A DNA stretch of 64,000 nt from an uncultured Candidatus Saccharibacteria bacterium (GTDB taxonomy: Bacteria; Patescibacteriota; Minisyncoccia; Phycocordibacterales; XYD1-FULL-46-19): assembly GCA_964510655.1 (NCBI GenBank), contig CAZEAY010000003.1, positions 18,924 through 82,923 on the forward strand, read 5' to 3'. The notes beneath the pieces were generated by a model. That model did no database searches, had not been told where the DNA came from, and saw only the letters and a program-made list of their open reading frames with translations. The translations under genes were made by a program, and so were the position numbers. Position 1 is the first letter of the stretch. Each line of letters starts with the position of its first letter. Shown in pieces: positions 1-10,133 of this stretch.

Positions 1-2
1 TA

Positions 3-332
3 CCTCCACTAAAAATACTCTTAGGTCTTATCCTGACCCTAACGATTCTTATTTACGGACTCTATGAAGTCCATAATCTAATTTTTGGACCAACTTTAGT
101 CGTGAGCTCACCAACAGACGGACAAACTCTAAAAGATCCCTTAGTGGAAATTAAGGGCTCAACAAAACGAATTGCTAAGATTTTTATTAACGGCCGACAA
201 GTTTTTACCCGCAACGATGGCACATTTGATGAACCATTGCTCCTGGGGTATGGCTATAATATAATTGAAATTAAAGTGCAGGATCAATTTGGACGACAAA
301 TTACCAAAACACTCCATTTAGTGCTTAATTAA
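3..332 (+). CDS. Membrane-anchored Ig-like domain protein (5' end outside window)
   Basis: Frame is open from nt 3 ([19 protein letters not shown] = TM helix), followed by a beta-rich SPTDG...V..G...ING...F...L..GYNII...D.FGR pattern typical of bacterial Ig-like domains. Confidence 0.6.
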   Translation, partial: PPLKILLGLILTLTILIYGLYEVHNLIFGPTLVVSSPTDGQTLKDPLVEIKGSTKRIAKIFINGRQVFTRNDGTFDEPLLLGYGYNIIEIKVQDQFGRQITKTLHLVLN

Positions 333-349
333 CAGTTAGAATATATTTT

Positions 350-1372
350 ATGTTAAAGAAACCCAAAAAGGAAAAGGAGGAAAAAGCCACAGGTAGTGGC
401 ATAGAAGATACTATCAAAGCTCTCCAGAGCCGTTTTGGGGATGAGGCAATAATGAAATTGGGAGATAAACCTAAGGTTGGAGTAAACGCCATTCCAACCA
501 GCTCTCTTGGTTTAGACATGGCCTTAGGAGTAGGTGGACTCCCCCGCGGACGAATAATTGAAATTTATGGACCAGAATCGTCCGGCAAAACAACTTTAGC
601 CTTACATGTTATTGCTGAGGCTCAGAAAAAAGGCGGGATCTGTGCTTTTATTGACGCTGAACATGCCTTGGATCCTGAATATTCCAAGAGACTGGGAGTA
701 AAAGTAGATGAATTATTAATTTCCCAGCCAGACTACGGAGAACAGGCTTTGGAAATTTCTGAAAGTTTGGTTCGTTCAGGCAAGGTAGATGTTGTAGTCA
801 TCGACTCGGTAGCTGCCCTTACTCCAAAAGATGAAATTGAGGGCGACGTTGGCGACTATCACGTTGGCAAACAAGCTCGCCTAATGTCTCAAGCCTTAAG
901 AAAAATGACTGGAATTGTTGATAAATCCAAAACTCTGGTAATCTTTATTAACCAACTTCGGATGCAAATTGGGGTAATGTTTGGTAATCCCGAGACCACC
1001 CCAGGAGGAAAAGCTCTTAAGTTTTACGCCTCGGTCCGATTAGACGTTCGCCGTATCGCCCAGATTAAAAAAGGCGAAGAAGTGGTTGGAGGACGGGTTC
1101 GGGTAAAGATCGCTAAAAATAAAGTAGCAGCCCCTTTTAAAACAGCTGAGTTTGATATTCTTTATAACGAAGGTATCTCCCCTGAAGGTGAAATAGTGGC
1201 TCTGGGTGAGAAATACAATATTATCCAAAAATCTGGTTCAAGCTATGCCTACGGTGATACAAAACTGGGACGTGGCTATGATGCCACCAGGACTTATCTA
1301 AAAGAAAACCCTAAGGTTCAAGCGGAGATCGTTAAGCAAGTCAAAGCCAAAATGGCCGAAGAGCAAGTCTAA
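350..1372 (+). CDS. recA: Recombinase RecA
   Basis: GPESSGKTT Walker [32 protein letters not shown]. Confidence 0.99.
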   Translation: MLKKPKKEKEEKATGSGIEDTIKALQSRFGDEAIMKLGDKPKVGVNAIPTSSLGLDMALGVGGLPRGRIIEIYGPESSGKTTLALHVIAEAQKKGGICAFIDAEHALDPEYSKRLGVKVDELLISQPDYGEQALEISESLVRSGKVDVVVIDSVAALTPKDEIEGDVGDYHVGKQARLMSQALRKMTGIVDKSKTLVIFINQLRMQIGVMFGNPETTPGGKALKFYASVRLDVRRIAQIKKGEEVVGGRVRVKIAKNKVAAPFKTAEFDILYNEGISPEGEIVALGEKYNIIQKSGSSYAYGDTKLGRGYDATRTYLKENPKVQAEIVKQVKAKMAEEQV

Positions 1373-1381
1373 ATTTTTAAC

Positions 1382-1412
1382 AAAAAAAGGGCCGACGTCT
1401 GGCGTCAGGCCC
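1382..1412 (-). terminator. Intrinsic terminator between convergent recA and orphan ORF
   Basis: GGGCC-GACG...CGTC-A-GGCCC hairpin preceded by an A7 run (U tract on minus). Confidence 0.6.
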
Positions 1413-1430
1413 CAAATTCACCGTGATGGT

Positions 1431-1661
1431 TTATTGAAAGTGGCAATTGCCACGAAGAGCTACCATGGGGCCACCACCCAAGATGGGCACCCCATCAGGC
1501 TGATGATTCAGCCTTTCGAGACTCTCCTCTCCCCGAGTGTCAAGACATTGAGGCAAAGAGAGTTCGATCTGGCGGGATAAAGACGGCGTACCATAGCCGT
1601 CTGTCATGCGGGACCCAATAGCTCTTACCACTGGAGTCCTTTTGAAAGCGTCCGGCTGCAT
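1431..1661 (-). CDS. Orphan hypothetical protein (76 aa, SD-led cassette)
   Basis: Start re-placed at ATG 1661 (MQPDAF) after GGAGG; upstream TTGTGT-17-TATTGT promoter and leader hairpin TATGAGAGTT/AACTCTCATA; own terminator. Confidence 0.5.
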   Translation of the reverse strand: MQPDAFKRTPVVRAIGSRMTDGYGTPSLSRQIELSLPQCLDTRGEESLERLNHQPDGVPILGGGPMVALRGNCHFQ

Positions 1662-1858
1662 AACAACATCCTCCATCTCCAACGTGAATATGAGAGTTTG
1701 AGGATAACTCTCATAAGACAATACCACACAATAAAATTGTACACAAATAAAAAACTTGAAATTCCAGTCCGATTGGGTTAGACTTGTGGGGTCCTTTAGA
1801 AATAATAAAAATGGAGTTTGTATCGACACGATACAAATCACCGCGATTTAAATATATC

Positions 1859-2425
1859 ATGCTTGAATACAACGAGATAAAACCAAGAAAATGTATCATT
1901 ATGGAGGGTCAACCCTATGAAGTAGTAACCTCTCATGTCTTTCGCAAACAACAGCGTAAACCCGTTAATGCTACTAAGTTAAAAAATTTGATCACTGGCA
2001 AAGTGATGGAATATTCTTTCCACCAAAGTGAGAAAGCGGAAGAAGCAGAATTAGACAGTCGAAAAATAAAATATTTATATGAAAATCGTGGCGAACTATG
2101 GTTTTCAGAAGAAAAAGACCCTAGCAAACGGTTCAAAATGACCCACGAAGAAGTCGGCGAAGATATTAAATTCGTCAAACAAAACAGTTTAGTGGAATTG
2201 GTCTCATTCCGAGATAAAATTATGGGTATCCGCGTCCCCATTAAGGTTGAGCTAAAGGTAACAGAGGCCGCCGCCGCCGTAAAAGGAAACACTATTCAAG
2301 GTGGGACAAAACAAGTAACCTTGGAAACTGGAACCACCCTGAATGTTCCGATGTTTGTTAATGAAGGAGATGTTATTTCGGTCAACACCGAAACCGGAGA
2401 ATACGTAGAGCGGGTAAATAAATAG
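1859..2425 (+). CDS. efp: Translation elongation factor P
   Basis: Three-domain EF-P pattern (KLKNLITG, YLYE, VPIKVEL, KGNT..GG.K..TLETG..L.VPMFV..GD.I.V.T..GEY..R); start re-placed at MLEYN. Confidence 0.93.
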   Translation: MLEYNEIKPRKCIIMEGQPYEVVTSHVFRKQQRKPVNATKLKNLITGKVMEYSFHQSEKAEEAELDSRKIKYLYENRGELWFSEEKDPSKRFKMTHEEVGEDIKFVKQNSLVELVSFRDKIMGIRVPIKVELKVTEAAAAVKGNTIQGGTKQVTLETGTTLNVPMFVNEGDVISVNTETGEYVERVNK

Positions 2426-2443
2426 AAAATTTATTAATAAAAT

Positions 2444-2464
2444 ACCGGGTCATCCCGGTTTTTT
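2444..2464 (+). terminator. Intrinsic terminator after efp
   Basis: ACCGGG-TCAT-CCCGGT followed by T run. Confidence 0.7.
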
Positions 2465-2648
2465 ATTTTCTAAAAAATAAAAAAAGACTAACAATTAGAA
2501 AAATGACTCCAACTAATATTATTGGCTGCAATTGAGAAAAACTGGAGACATTGCTAGAGTCAAGGTGAAAATTTCTTAAAACATAGACACTCAAAAAAAG
2601 AAGCATCGATAACAAGAAAAAAACGATGGAGATAATCTTAATAAGCAT
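2463..2648 (-). CDS. Small two-TM membrane protein
   Basis: Two hydrophobic stretches; TATAAT 6 nt before ATG 2648. Confidence 0.55.
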   Translation of the reverse strand: MLIKIISIVFFLLSMLLFLSVYVLRNFHLDSSNVSSFSQLQPIILVGVIFLIVSLFLFFRK

Positions 2649-2668
2649 GGGATTATTATATACCAAAA

Positions 2669-2696
2669 GAAAAACCGCAACTAGTTGCGGTTTTTC
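2669..2696 (-). terminator. Terminator after rpsR
   Basis: Palindrome GAAAAACCGCAACTAGTTGCGGTTTTTC. Confidence 0.75.
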
Positions 2697-2699
2697 ATT

Positions 2700-2912
2700 C
2701 TAGCTAATGATGAAAGGCATCAGGGCCATAAAGCGAGAACGCTTGATGGCAGTAGCCAGCTTACGTTGGTGCTTAGCACACACAGAACTTCGGCGATGAT
2801 TGACGATGCGGCCGTGAGAGTCGATGAATTGTTTTAAGACATCTACTTCCTTGTAGTCAATTTCCTTAATTCCATTGGTACAGAAATGGCATTGTTTTTT
2901 TGGTGAATTCAT
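2700..2912 (-). CDS. rpsR: 30S ribosomal protein bS18 (Zn-binding form)
   Basis: CHFC...IDYK...CAKHQRKL..AIKRSR..ALMPF; rpsF-ssb-rpsR order. Confidence 0.97.
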   Translation of the reverse strand: MNSPKKQCHFCTNGIKEIDYKEVDVLKQFIDSHGRIVNHRRSSVCAKHQRKLATAIKRSRFMALMPFIIS

Positions 2913-3005
2913 ATAATAAACTTAGTGGTTAAATAATTATTTCGTTAAAAAACCATTGGCTCTTTTGTCTTGTAAAAGATTTAACGAAACTTTCCAGATG
3001 ATAAT

Positions 3006-3473
3006 CTAAAAAGGAATATCGTCTGGATTAATATCCTCTTCTGGGTACTGGATAGTATCCAGAGGTGGAGCCGGTTGCTCATCACGTTCCGAGGCCTTAG
3101 CGTTGCCCGCTGGAGTAAATGGGGTATTACCTCCCCCCTCACCATCGCGCTTAGGACCGAACTGGACAGTATCAGCGACAACCTCAGTCCGATACTTCTT
3201 TTGGCCATCGGCTGTATCCCAACTGCGGGTCTGCATCCGACCTTCAACGAAGGCGCTGGACCCCTTTTTCAAATACTGGGCAACATTGCGGGCCATTGGA
3301 CCGAAGACAACAATATTGTGATATTGAGTATCTTCCTGCCTTTGACCATCTTTGTTTTTCCAGATATTAGTCGTCGCAAGACTAAAGCTAGTAACAGGCA
3401 CCCCCGACGGTAAGGATTTAAGCTCAGGATCCCGAGTGAGGTTCCCATAGATGAATGCCTTGTTTAAGTACAT
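3006..3473 (-). CDS. ssb: Single-stranded DNA-binding protein
   Basis: GNLTRDPEL, KKGS..FVEGR..TRSW, C-terminal DDIPF. Confidence 0.98.
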   Translation of the reverse strand: MYLNKAFIYGNLTRDPELKSLPSGVPVTSFSLATTNIWKNKDGQRQEDTQYHNIVVFGPMARNVAQYLKKGSSAFVEGRMQTRSWDTADGQKKYRTEVVADTVQFGPKRDGEGGGNTPFTPAGNAKASERDEQPAPPLDTIQYPEEDINPDDIPF

Positions 3474-3515
3474 ATATTTAGTTCTTAAAAACCTAGTTAC
3501 TAATTTATCCTCCTA

Positions 3516-4010
3516 CTAGCCTTGAGTTTCGAGAAGACCTTCAATCTCTTTATCGATTTCCTCGTTAGTCATCTCCTCCCCTTTTTCTACCACCTCCTCT
3601 TTCGACACCTCAGAATTAGCTCGCTTAGAAACTACTCCGCGAGGAATAATTACTCGCTCTGAATTCTTAGGAATCGCAACAATCAAAAACCTAACGACAT
3701 TGTTGTCTTTTTCTAAAACCTCCTTAATGGTCCGGATTTTCTCCGGGGAGATTTGAAATTTGACGGCACCGAAGTAAGCTTCTCTTACGGTGCTTTTTTT
3801 ATTACTAATAAATTTTGAAACAGGATAAGCCAAAGATCGCATTTTAGGGGCGGTTTTGACAATTATCAAACCACCTAAATCGTCGATCAAGGTCTTATAC
3901 ATAGCCTCTACCGTCTCTTCAACCTTTTCAGCTTGAAGAAATGGGGTCAGAAGGTAACCTATCTCGTAGGTCTTGGCTTCCTTCACTTCAGTTTCTGTTA
4001 CATTTTCCAC
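3516..4010 (-). CDS. rpsF: 30S ribosomal protein bS6
   Basis: YEIGYLL...R.LAYPV.K...AYF...VVRFLIV plus acidic tail; operon position. Confidence 0.9.
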   Translation of the reverse strand: MENVTETEVKEAKTYEIGYLLTPFLQAEKVEETVEAMYKTLIDDLGGLIIVKTAPKMRSLAYPVSKFISNKKSTVREAYFGAVKFQISPEKIRTIKEVLEKDNNVVRFLIVAIPKNSERVIIPRGVVSKRANSEVSKEEVVEKGEEMTNEEIDKEIEGLLETQG

Positions 4011-4091
4011 GTGGTTATCTTAACAGGACTAACGCCAAAAGTCAAAACCATAAATTTTGACTTTTGGCAATTGCTAATTGGAGACCAAAAA

Positions 4092-4904
4092 TTAGACAGA
4101 AAACAGCCTTCGGGCATTTTTAATGATTATTTCCCCTATCTCTAACTCAGGAACATTTCGGAGTTCAGCCATCTTTTTAACCACTAGAGAAACATACAGG
4201 GGTTCACAACGCTTACCTCGATAAGGGACGGGGGCGACATAAGGAGCATCGGTTTCGGCTAAAAGACGGTTTAGGGGCATCTTTTGGATAACCTCATCGT
4301 AATCACGAGCAAAAGTAATAACTCCAGTAAATGAAAGATAAAAACCAAGTTCCAGACATTTTTGAGCGATAATCCAATCGCCAGCAAAAAAATGAAAATC
4401 TCCTCGAAGTTTGTCGCCCCACTCTTTTTTATATTCACCCAAAATTAAAGTAGCATCTTCATAAGCGTCCTGACTTCCCTTGCTTGGACGACAGTGGATC
4501 ATCAATGGTTTATTAAGGGCGAGGGCCAGATCAATATGTTTACGGAAAATTATTTTTTGTTGCTCTCTGACATCCTCCGAAATTTCTTCATCTCCATGAG
4601 AATAGTATTCCAATCCACATTCACCAATCGCTATCACCTTAAGATCTTCTGCCAAAGAACACATTTCTTCCCAATCAGTATCAGAAACAGACCCTGAATC
4701 AGTGGGATGGCATCCGACCGTCGCCCACGCACCAACCTCTCTTTGTTGGGCAATTTTGACAGCCACCCTAGACGTAACCAAATCAACTCCAACATTAGTT
4801 AGCCAGCATCCACCAGTCAACGTTCGAGATAAAACTTCTTCTTTATCTAAATCAAACTCTGGGACATTTAAATGACAATGAATATCAAAAAATTTTGGCT
4901 CCAT
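4092..4904 (-). CDS. tatD: TatD family hydrolase
   Basis: DIHCHL, GCHP, AIGECGL, IHCR, ETDAPY. Confidence 0.95.
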   Translation of the reverse strand: MEPKFFDIHCHLNVPEFDLDKEEVLSRTLTGGCWLTNVGVDLVTSRVAVKIAQQREVGAWATVGCHPTDSGSVSDTDWEEMCSLAEDLKVIAIGECGLEYYSHGDEEISEDVREQQKIIFRKHIDLALALNKPLMIHCRPSKGSQDAYEDATLILGEYKKEWGDKLRGDFHFFAGDWIIAQKCLELGFYLSFTGVITFARDYDEVIQKMPLNRLLAETDAPYVAPVPYRGKRCEPLYVSLVVKKMAELRNVPELEIGEIIIKNARRLFSV

Positions 4905-4908
4905 GACT

Positions 4909-6363
4909 TTAGTCTTTGCGCATAAAAAGAGGAGCTGACAACTCTTTCATTTTAATTGCCTCCTGAATCTTTTTAGCCGTAACTGGCATAATGGGTTCCA
5001 AAGCCACAGCAATTCTCCAAAGAGACCCCACTAAATAAGCAACATGTATGCGTGCCTCTTCGGGTTTGTCTTTGTAAAGTTTAAACGGTTGAGTATTTTG
5101 GATGTATAAATCAGCTTCCCCGATTTGTTTCCAAATAAAATCAGCGGCTTTACTTATTTCATAATTATTTAAATTTTCACAATATTCTTGATAAAAATCA
5201 TCAGCCAGCCACTCACGAGACGATTTTAACTCACTGGTAGGTTCTGCAACTTCATAACTCTGATACATTTTTATAATCCGACTAGTCAAATTCCCTAACC
5301 CATTTGCCAGATTAGCATTATAAGATTCCTTAAATTTATCCTCAGTAAAATCACCGTCTTCAAAAGGAGTGATTTCGCGAGCCAAATAATAGCGCAAAGC
5401 TTCCGCCCCATAGTCCTTGACGACCGCGAGCGGATCCACAACATTACCAAGGCTTTTAGACATCTTCTGCCCACCAGAAGTAATAAAACCATGGATAATA
5501 ATTTGTTTAGAGGGTTCTAAGCCAGCTGACAATAACATGGCCTGCCACATCGCTGACTGCTGCCTCAGATTATCTTTACCAGCAAACTGAATTCCCGGCC
5601 ACCACTTACTAAAATTAGACTCATTTTCTGGCCAACCAAGAGCCGAGATATAATTTACCAAAGCATCAAACCAGACGTACATCACCTGCTCACTATCGCC
5701 AGGAACCTCTATCCCCCAAGGCATCTTACTCTTCAAACGAGAAATGCTAAAATCTTGTAGACCGCCAGCTACGAAATTTTTAATTTCATTCAGACGACCA
5801 GCCGGTAAAACAAAAGCTGGGGTTTCATACAAATTCAAAAGGGCTTGTTGGTATTTAGAGAAACGAAAAAAATAATTTTCTTCATCAATCATTTCAATCT
5901 CCATATTAGGATGAAGTGGACATCTGCCATCAGCTAATTCTGAATCGGTTTTTTCGAGTTCACAACCAGCACAATATTTTACCTTATAAGCCTTTTTGTA
6001 GATATCGCCAGACGCTAAACAGCGTGCCCAAAATTCCTGGGCCGCCTTTTTATGATGCTCATCGGTTGTCCGAATAAAATTAAAATTCGGATTGTCGACA
6101 TCAACAGCCAAAACACCAGCCAGCTCTTTGAATTTAGCCGAGTACTCATCAACATAAGTTTGAACTTCTATCCCCCGGCTTTCGGCAATACGTAAAATCT
6201 TAACCCCATGTTCATCAGTACCGGTGTTAAAAAAAACTTCTTGTCCCAAGAGTCTTCGATATCGAGCGATAATATCGGCCTGAATGATCTCTAAAGCAAA
6301 ACCGATATGAGGATCGGCATTTACGTAAGGTAACGTCGTCGTGAAGTAAAATTGATCAGCCAT
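4909..6363 (-). CDS. metG: Methionine--tRNA ligase
   Basis: LPYVNADPHIG, GTDEHG, YVWFDAL, KMSKS; start re-placed at MADQFY. Confidence 0.97.
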   Translation of the reverse strand: MADQFYFTTTLPYVNADPHIGFALEIIQADIIARYRRLLGQEVFFNTGTDEHGVKILRIAESRGIEVQTYVDEYSAKFKELAGVLAVDVDNPNFNFIRTTDEHHKKAAQEFWARCLASGDIYKKAYKVKYCAGCELEKTDSELADGRCPLHPNMEIEMIDEENYFFRFSKYQQALLNLYETPAFVLPAGRLNEIKNFVAGGLQDFSISRLKSKMPWGIEVPGDSEQVMYVWFDALVNYISALGWPENESNFSKWWPGIQFAGKDNLRQQSAMWQAMLLSAGLEPSKQIIIHGFITSGGQKMSKSLGNVVDPLAVVKDYGAEALRYYLAREITPFEDGDFTEDKFKESYNANLANGLGNLTSRIIKMYQSYEVAEPTSELKSSREWLADDFYQEYCENLNNYEISKAADFIWKQIGEADLYIQNTQPFKLYKDKPEEARIHVAYLVGSLWRIAVALEPIMPVTAKKIQEAIKMKELSAPLFMRKD

Positions 6364-6364
6364 A

Positions 6365-7423
6365 TTATTTACTTTTAGCGCGAATAGAAATTTTATGTTT
6401 CTCCATATCATCAGCCAATTCCATAATAACCGTCGCTAGTGGCACCGCCACCACCATTCCCAAAAAACCATAAAGTTCGGCCCCGGCCAAAAAAGACAGG
6501 ATAACAATCAATGGCGGAACTCCAATTACTTTTTTGGATACAAGTGGATAAATAACATGACTCTCCAGCTGTTGGATAACAATATAAAAAGCTAGGACAA
6601 TTAGACCCAGACCAGTACTTGTCGAAAAACCCAACAATACTCCCGGTACAGCAAAAAGGATTGGACCGAAGAATGGAATAATTTCAAAGACAGCTGACAT
6701 CAAACCTAAAGTGAGCGCAAATTTGACTCCTAGAATAGATAGGCCAAGCCAAACAGTCAGACCAACCAGTACCCCCAAAAGAACCTGCCCCTGAAACCAC
6801 AGACCAATTTTATTCTCAGTTCGATTCCATAAATTTAATAAATAGTCTTCATATTTCAAAGGGGTAACAATTCTTAAGAAATTCTCAATACCCTTCTCTT
6901 GGACAGCTAAATAGAAAGAAATGACTAAAATTAAAACGAAACTAAAAACGCCTCCAAAAATCACACTAGCGGTACTAAAAAGACTATCCGATAGTTGTAA
7001 AATAAATTTCTGGGCTTGAACAATGAGATCGCTAAGGGAAAAACTAGTCGCTAATCCGCCAGTAATAGAGGACAGTGGGTCAACCGTAGTACTAACCTGA
7101 GTAATGGCATTTAAACGCGCCGGCAAACCATTGGCTAGATCAGTAAGGTCGTTAAAAAGCGGGGGGAGAAGAAAAGAGAAACCAACAAAGATAACAGCAA
7201 AAAAACCAACATACAAAAGGAGAACAGCCCAAATTCGAGAGATCCGATATTTAGCCAAGAATTTCACCCCCTGTCCAACCGCCGTAGCAATAATTACTGC
7301 CACTAAAACAATCAGGATTAAACTTTGAAGTTTGTAGGCGGCCACCAAAACCAAGCCAATAATAATGGCTTTAATAATTGTGCCGGTGGTAATATTTACC
7401 GCTAAAGTCTTAGTGTTATCCAT
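6365..7423 (-). CDS. AI-2E family transporter
   Basis: Multi-TM; FEIIPFFGP, IQQLESHVIYP, GFLGMVVAVP. Confidence 0.9.
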   Translation of the reverse strand: MDNTKTLAVNITTGTIIKAIIIGLVLVAAYKLQSLILIVLVAVIIATAVGQGVKFLAKYRISRIWAVLLLYVGFFAVIFVGFSFLLPPLFNDLTDLANGLPARLNAITQVSTTVDPLSSITGGLATSFSLSDLIVQAQKFILQLSDSLFSTASVIFGGVFSFVLILVISFYLAVQEKGIENFLRIVTPLKYEDYLLNLWNRTENKIGLWFQGQVLLGVLVGLTVWLGLSILGVKFALTLGLMSAVFEIIPFFGPILFAVPGVLLGFSTSTGLGLIVLAFYIVIQQLESHVIYPLVSKKVIGVPPLIVILSFLAGAELYGFLGMVVAVPLATVIMELADDMEKHKISIRAKSK

Positions 7424-7455
7424 AAAATAGATTAATTTTCCTTATCTAAATACTA

Positions 7456-8721
7456 CTACAGAGTCAAAATATCCACAAACTCTTGTTGATTATCATGAGG
7501 ACCTAAAATAACCAAGTTTATCCCTTTGGTCACAAATATTTTTTGCGCTAAAGTCTTAACATCTTGAGCTGTCACGGCTTTTATTTTTTTGCCAAGATCT
7601 TCAGGAGATAAGATTGTCTCTCCCCTAATTTCTTGAATACCATAAAAGGCAGCTAAATCTGATGGAGTTTCTAGGTTTAAATAAGTTGTCCCAATAAGAC
7701 TGTCTTTAACTCTAGCCAGCTCTTTTTCTGGAACCAATTCCCGCGTTAGTAAAATTATCTCATTAAGAATTGCCTTAAGGACTTCTTTCAATCTCAAACT
7801 TTGAACACCTCCAGAAATACTTAAATAACCATAGTCAGCAAAACTGGTTTGATAGGCGTTAATTGAGTAGGCCGCCCCCATCTCTTCTCGAACCTTTTGA
7901 AACAGACGAGAACTCATTGTTCCACCCAAAATTCCAGCTAATACTTCCGCGGTATAGTAATCGGGGTGACAAGAGCCAAAAGTTTTAAATCCTAAGACAA
8001 TGTTCGTCTGGGCTCCAAGTCGTTTTTTCAAAGAAAGCCTTGGGCCATTAGAAAGATTTTCTGTTTTTTCTACAGAAATGACCTCACCTTTTGCCACTGA
8101 GGAAAAATATTTTTCAATAATGTTCGGCAAATAATCTTGATCAAAATTACCCGCCACAACCACTAAAGTATTTTTTGCGTGATGGAACCTTTTTTGATAG
8201 TCTAAAAAAGCAGAACGATTTATTTTTTTTAAAGTAGACTCTGTTCCTAGAGTATTCCAACCATAAGGAGTATCTCCATACAGAAGCTCCACAAATAAGT
8301 CTTGGGCAACTCGACTAGGGTTATCAGCCGAACGATTTATTTCTTCTTCAATAACTCCACGCTCCTTTTCTATTTCGGACTCACTAAAAGAGGGGTTCAA
8401 ATACATGTCCGCCAAGATATCAAGAGCAGGCTCCAATTTGTCTGGCAAACAACTAACGTAATAGCCAGTATATTCCCGCCCAGTAAAAGCATTGTACTCC
8501 GCCCCCAAAGCATCCAACTCTGCCGACAAATCAATGGCCCGAGGACGTTTTGTCGTCCCCTTAAAACACATGTGCTCCATAAAATGAGAGATGCCATTAA
8601 GCTCTTTTGTTTCGTAATTTGAGCCAACCCCCACCAAGACTAACAAATTTACCGATAAACTATCGGGTCGAGGAACCATTATGAGCCGTAGATCATTATC
8701 TAAAGTAATTTTTTTGTACAT
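7456..8721 (-). CDS. M16 family (pitrilysin-like) metallopeptidase
   Basis: HFMEH inverted zinc motif, NAFT, SSRLFQKVREE.G.AY. Confidence 0.93.
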   Translation of the reverse strand: MYKKITLDNDLRLIMVPRPDSLSVNLLVLVGVGSNYETKELNGISHFMEHMCFKGTTKRPRAIDLSAELDALGAEYNAFTGREYTGYYVSCLPDKLEPALDILADMYLNPSFSESEIEKERGVIEEEINRSADNPSRVAQDLFVELLYGDTPYGWNTLGTESTLKKINRSAFLDYQKRFHHAKNTLVVVAGNFDQDYLPNIIEKYFSSVAKGEVISVEKTENLSNGPRLSLKKRLGAQTNIVLGFKTFGSCHPDYYTAEVLAGILGGTMSSRLFQKVREEMGAAYSINAYQTSFADYGYLSISGGVQSLRLKEVLKAILNEIILLTRELVPEKELARVKDSLIGTTYLNLETPSDLAAFYGIQEIRGETILSPEDLGKKIKAVTAQDVKTLAQKIFVTKGINLVILGPHDNQQEFVDILTL

Positions 8722-8751
8722 CAGTCAAAAACTAAAAAACGGAAATAAATT

Positions 8752-10056
8752 TTATTTACTTTTTAGCTCAGTCTCTAGTTCAGTTATTTTTACTCTTTTT
8801 TGTTCACCAGTATCTCGGTCGCGCAAAGTAACAGTGTCGTCAGCTAAACTGTCAAAATCAATTGTCACACAATAAGGAGTACCAATTTCATCCTGTCGAC
8901 GATAACGTTTACCAATGTTTCCATTATCATCAAAAGTTACCTGAGGAATTATTTTTTTTATTTGATCATAAACCTCTCGAGCTTTGATCACCAATTCTGG
9001 TTTATTTTTTAACAGTGGAAAGACGGCAACCTTAACAGGAGCAACATCATAGTTAAACTTCAAATAGGAACGCACTTCCCCGTTCATCTCATCTTCGGTA
9101 TAAGCACTAGTGAGAAGAGCTAAGACTAATCGGTCAACACCAAATGATGGTTCAATCACATGGGGAATAAATTTTTCCTTAGTTTCTTCATCCAAATAGA
9201 ACAATTCCGTTCCACTAAATTTAGAATGTTGACTTAAGTCATAGTTTGTCCTGTATGCCATTCCTAAAAGTTCTTTTTTCCCAAAAGGAAATTCAAATTC
9301 GAAATCAATAGTTTTCTTGGAATAATGGGCCAATTCGTCTTCCGGAACATGAAGTTCGCTAACATTTTCTCGAGAAAAGCCCATAGACTCCAAAAATTTC
9401 CAAACAGCTAGTCGCCAGTCTTCAAAATATTTTTCCCATTCTTCCCCACGAATAAAATATTCAATTTCCATTTGTTCAAACTCCCGAGTTCGGAAAATAA
9501 AATCGCGTGGAGTAATTTCATTACGAAAAGCTTTACCGATTTGCCCCACCCCGAAAGGCAACTTGGGATGAAACGAATCCATGATATTTTTAAAGTTAGC
9601 AAAAATTCCCTGAGCCGTTTCAGGTCGCAAATAAGCAACTGAAGATGAGTCCTCCATCGCTCCTAACTCTGTCTTTAGCATCATATTAAACTGTCGCTCC
9701 TGTCCCATTTTACCGCCACATTCTGGACATTTAAGACGATCTTCCAGCTGATCGGAACGGAAGCGTCTTTTGCACTTTTCACATTCAGACAGTGGGTCAA
9801 CAAAAGTATCAACGTGACCAGACGCCTTCCAAACATTTGGATTCATGATAATCGCCGCATCCAAACCATACATATCATCCCGCCCATCCACAAACATCTT
9901 CCACCAAAGACTTTTTATATTATTCTTTAGAGAAACACCTAGTGGGCCGTAGTCCCAAGTTCCAGCCAGTCCCCCATACAGTTCAGAACCTTGATAAATA
10001 AAGCCTCGCCGTTTAGCCAGGGAAGTAATCTTTTCCATTAAATCTTTCTGTTCCAT
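8752..10056 (-). CDS. glyS: Glycine--tRNA ligase (homodimeric class II type)
   Basis: DYGPLG, LRPETAQG, FRNEITPR..IFRTREFEQME, IEPSFGVDR, IGKRYRRQDEIGTP; start uncertain. Confidence 0.96.
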   Translation of the reverse strand: MEQKDLMEKITSLAKRRGFIYQGSELYGGLAGTWDYGPLGVSLKNNIKSLWWKMFVDGRDDMYGLDAAIIMNPNVWKASGHVDTFVDPLSECEKCKRRFRSDQLEDRLKCPECGGKMGQERQFNMMLKTELGAMEDSSSVAYLRPETAQGIFANFKNIMDSFHPKLPFGVGQIGKAFRNEITPRDFIFRTREFEQMEIEYFIRGEEWEKYFEDWRLAVWKFLESMGFSRENVSELHVPEDELAHYSKKTIDFEFEFPFGKKELLGMAYRTNYDLSQHSKFSGTELFYLDEETKEKFIPHVIEPSFGVDRLVLALLTSAYTEDEMNGEVRSYLKFNYDVAPVKVAVFPLLKNKPELVIKAREVYDQIKKIIPQVTFDDNGNIGKRYRRQDEIGTPYCVTIDFDSLADDTVTLRDRDTGEQKRVKITELETELKSK

Positions 10057-10133
10057 CTTGATAGGACTATGTGCATAATAATACCAACCACTATACCTCA
10101 AAAAGCGGTTTATTGTCTACAAACAAATTAACC

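Noticed and set aside
4034-4068. 14-bp inverted repeat overlapping the rpsF -35 region
   Set aside because: Most simply the terminator of the upstream tatD operon; no further evidence for an operator role.
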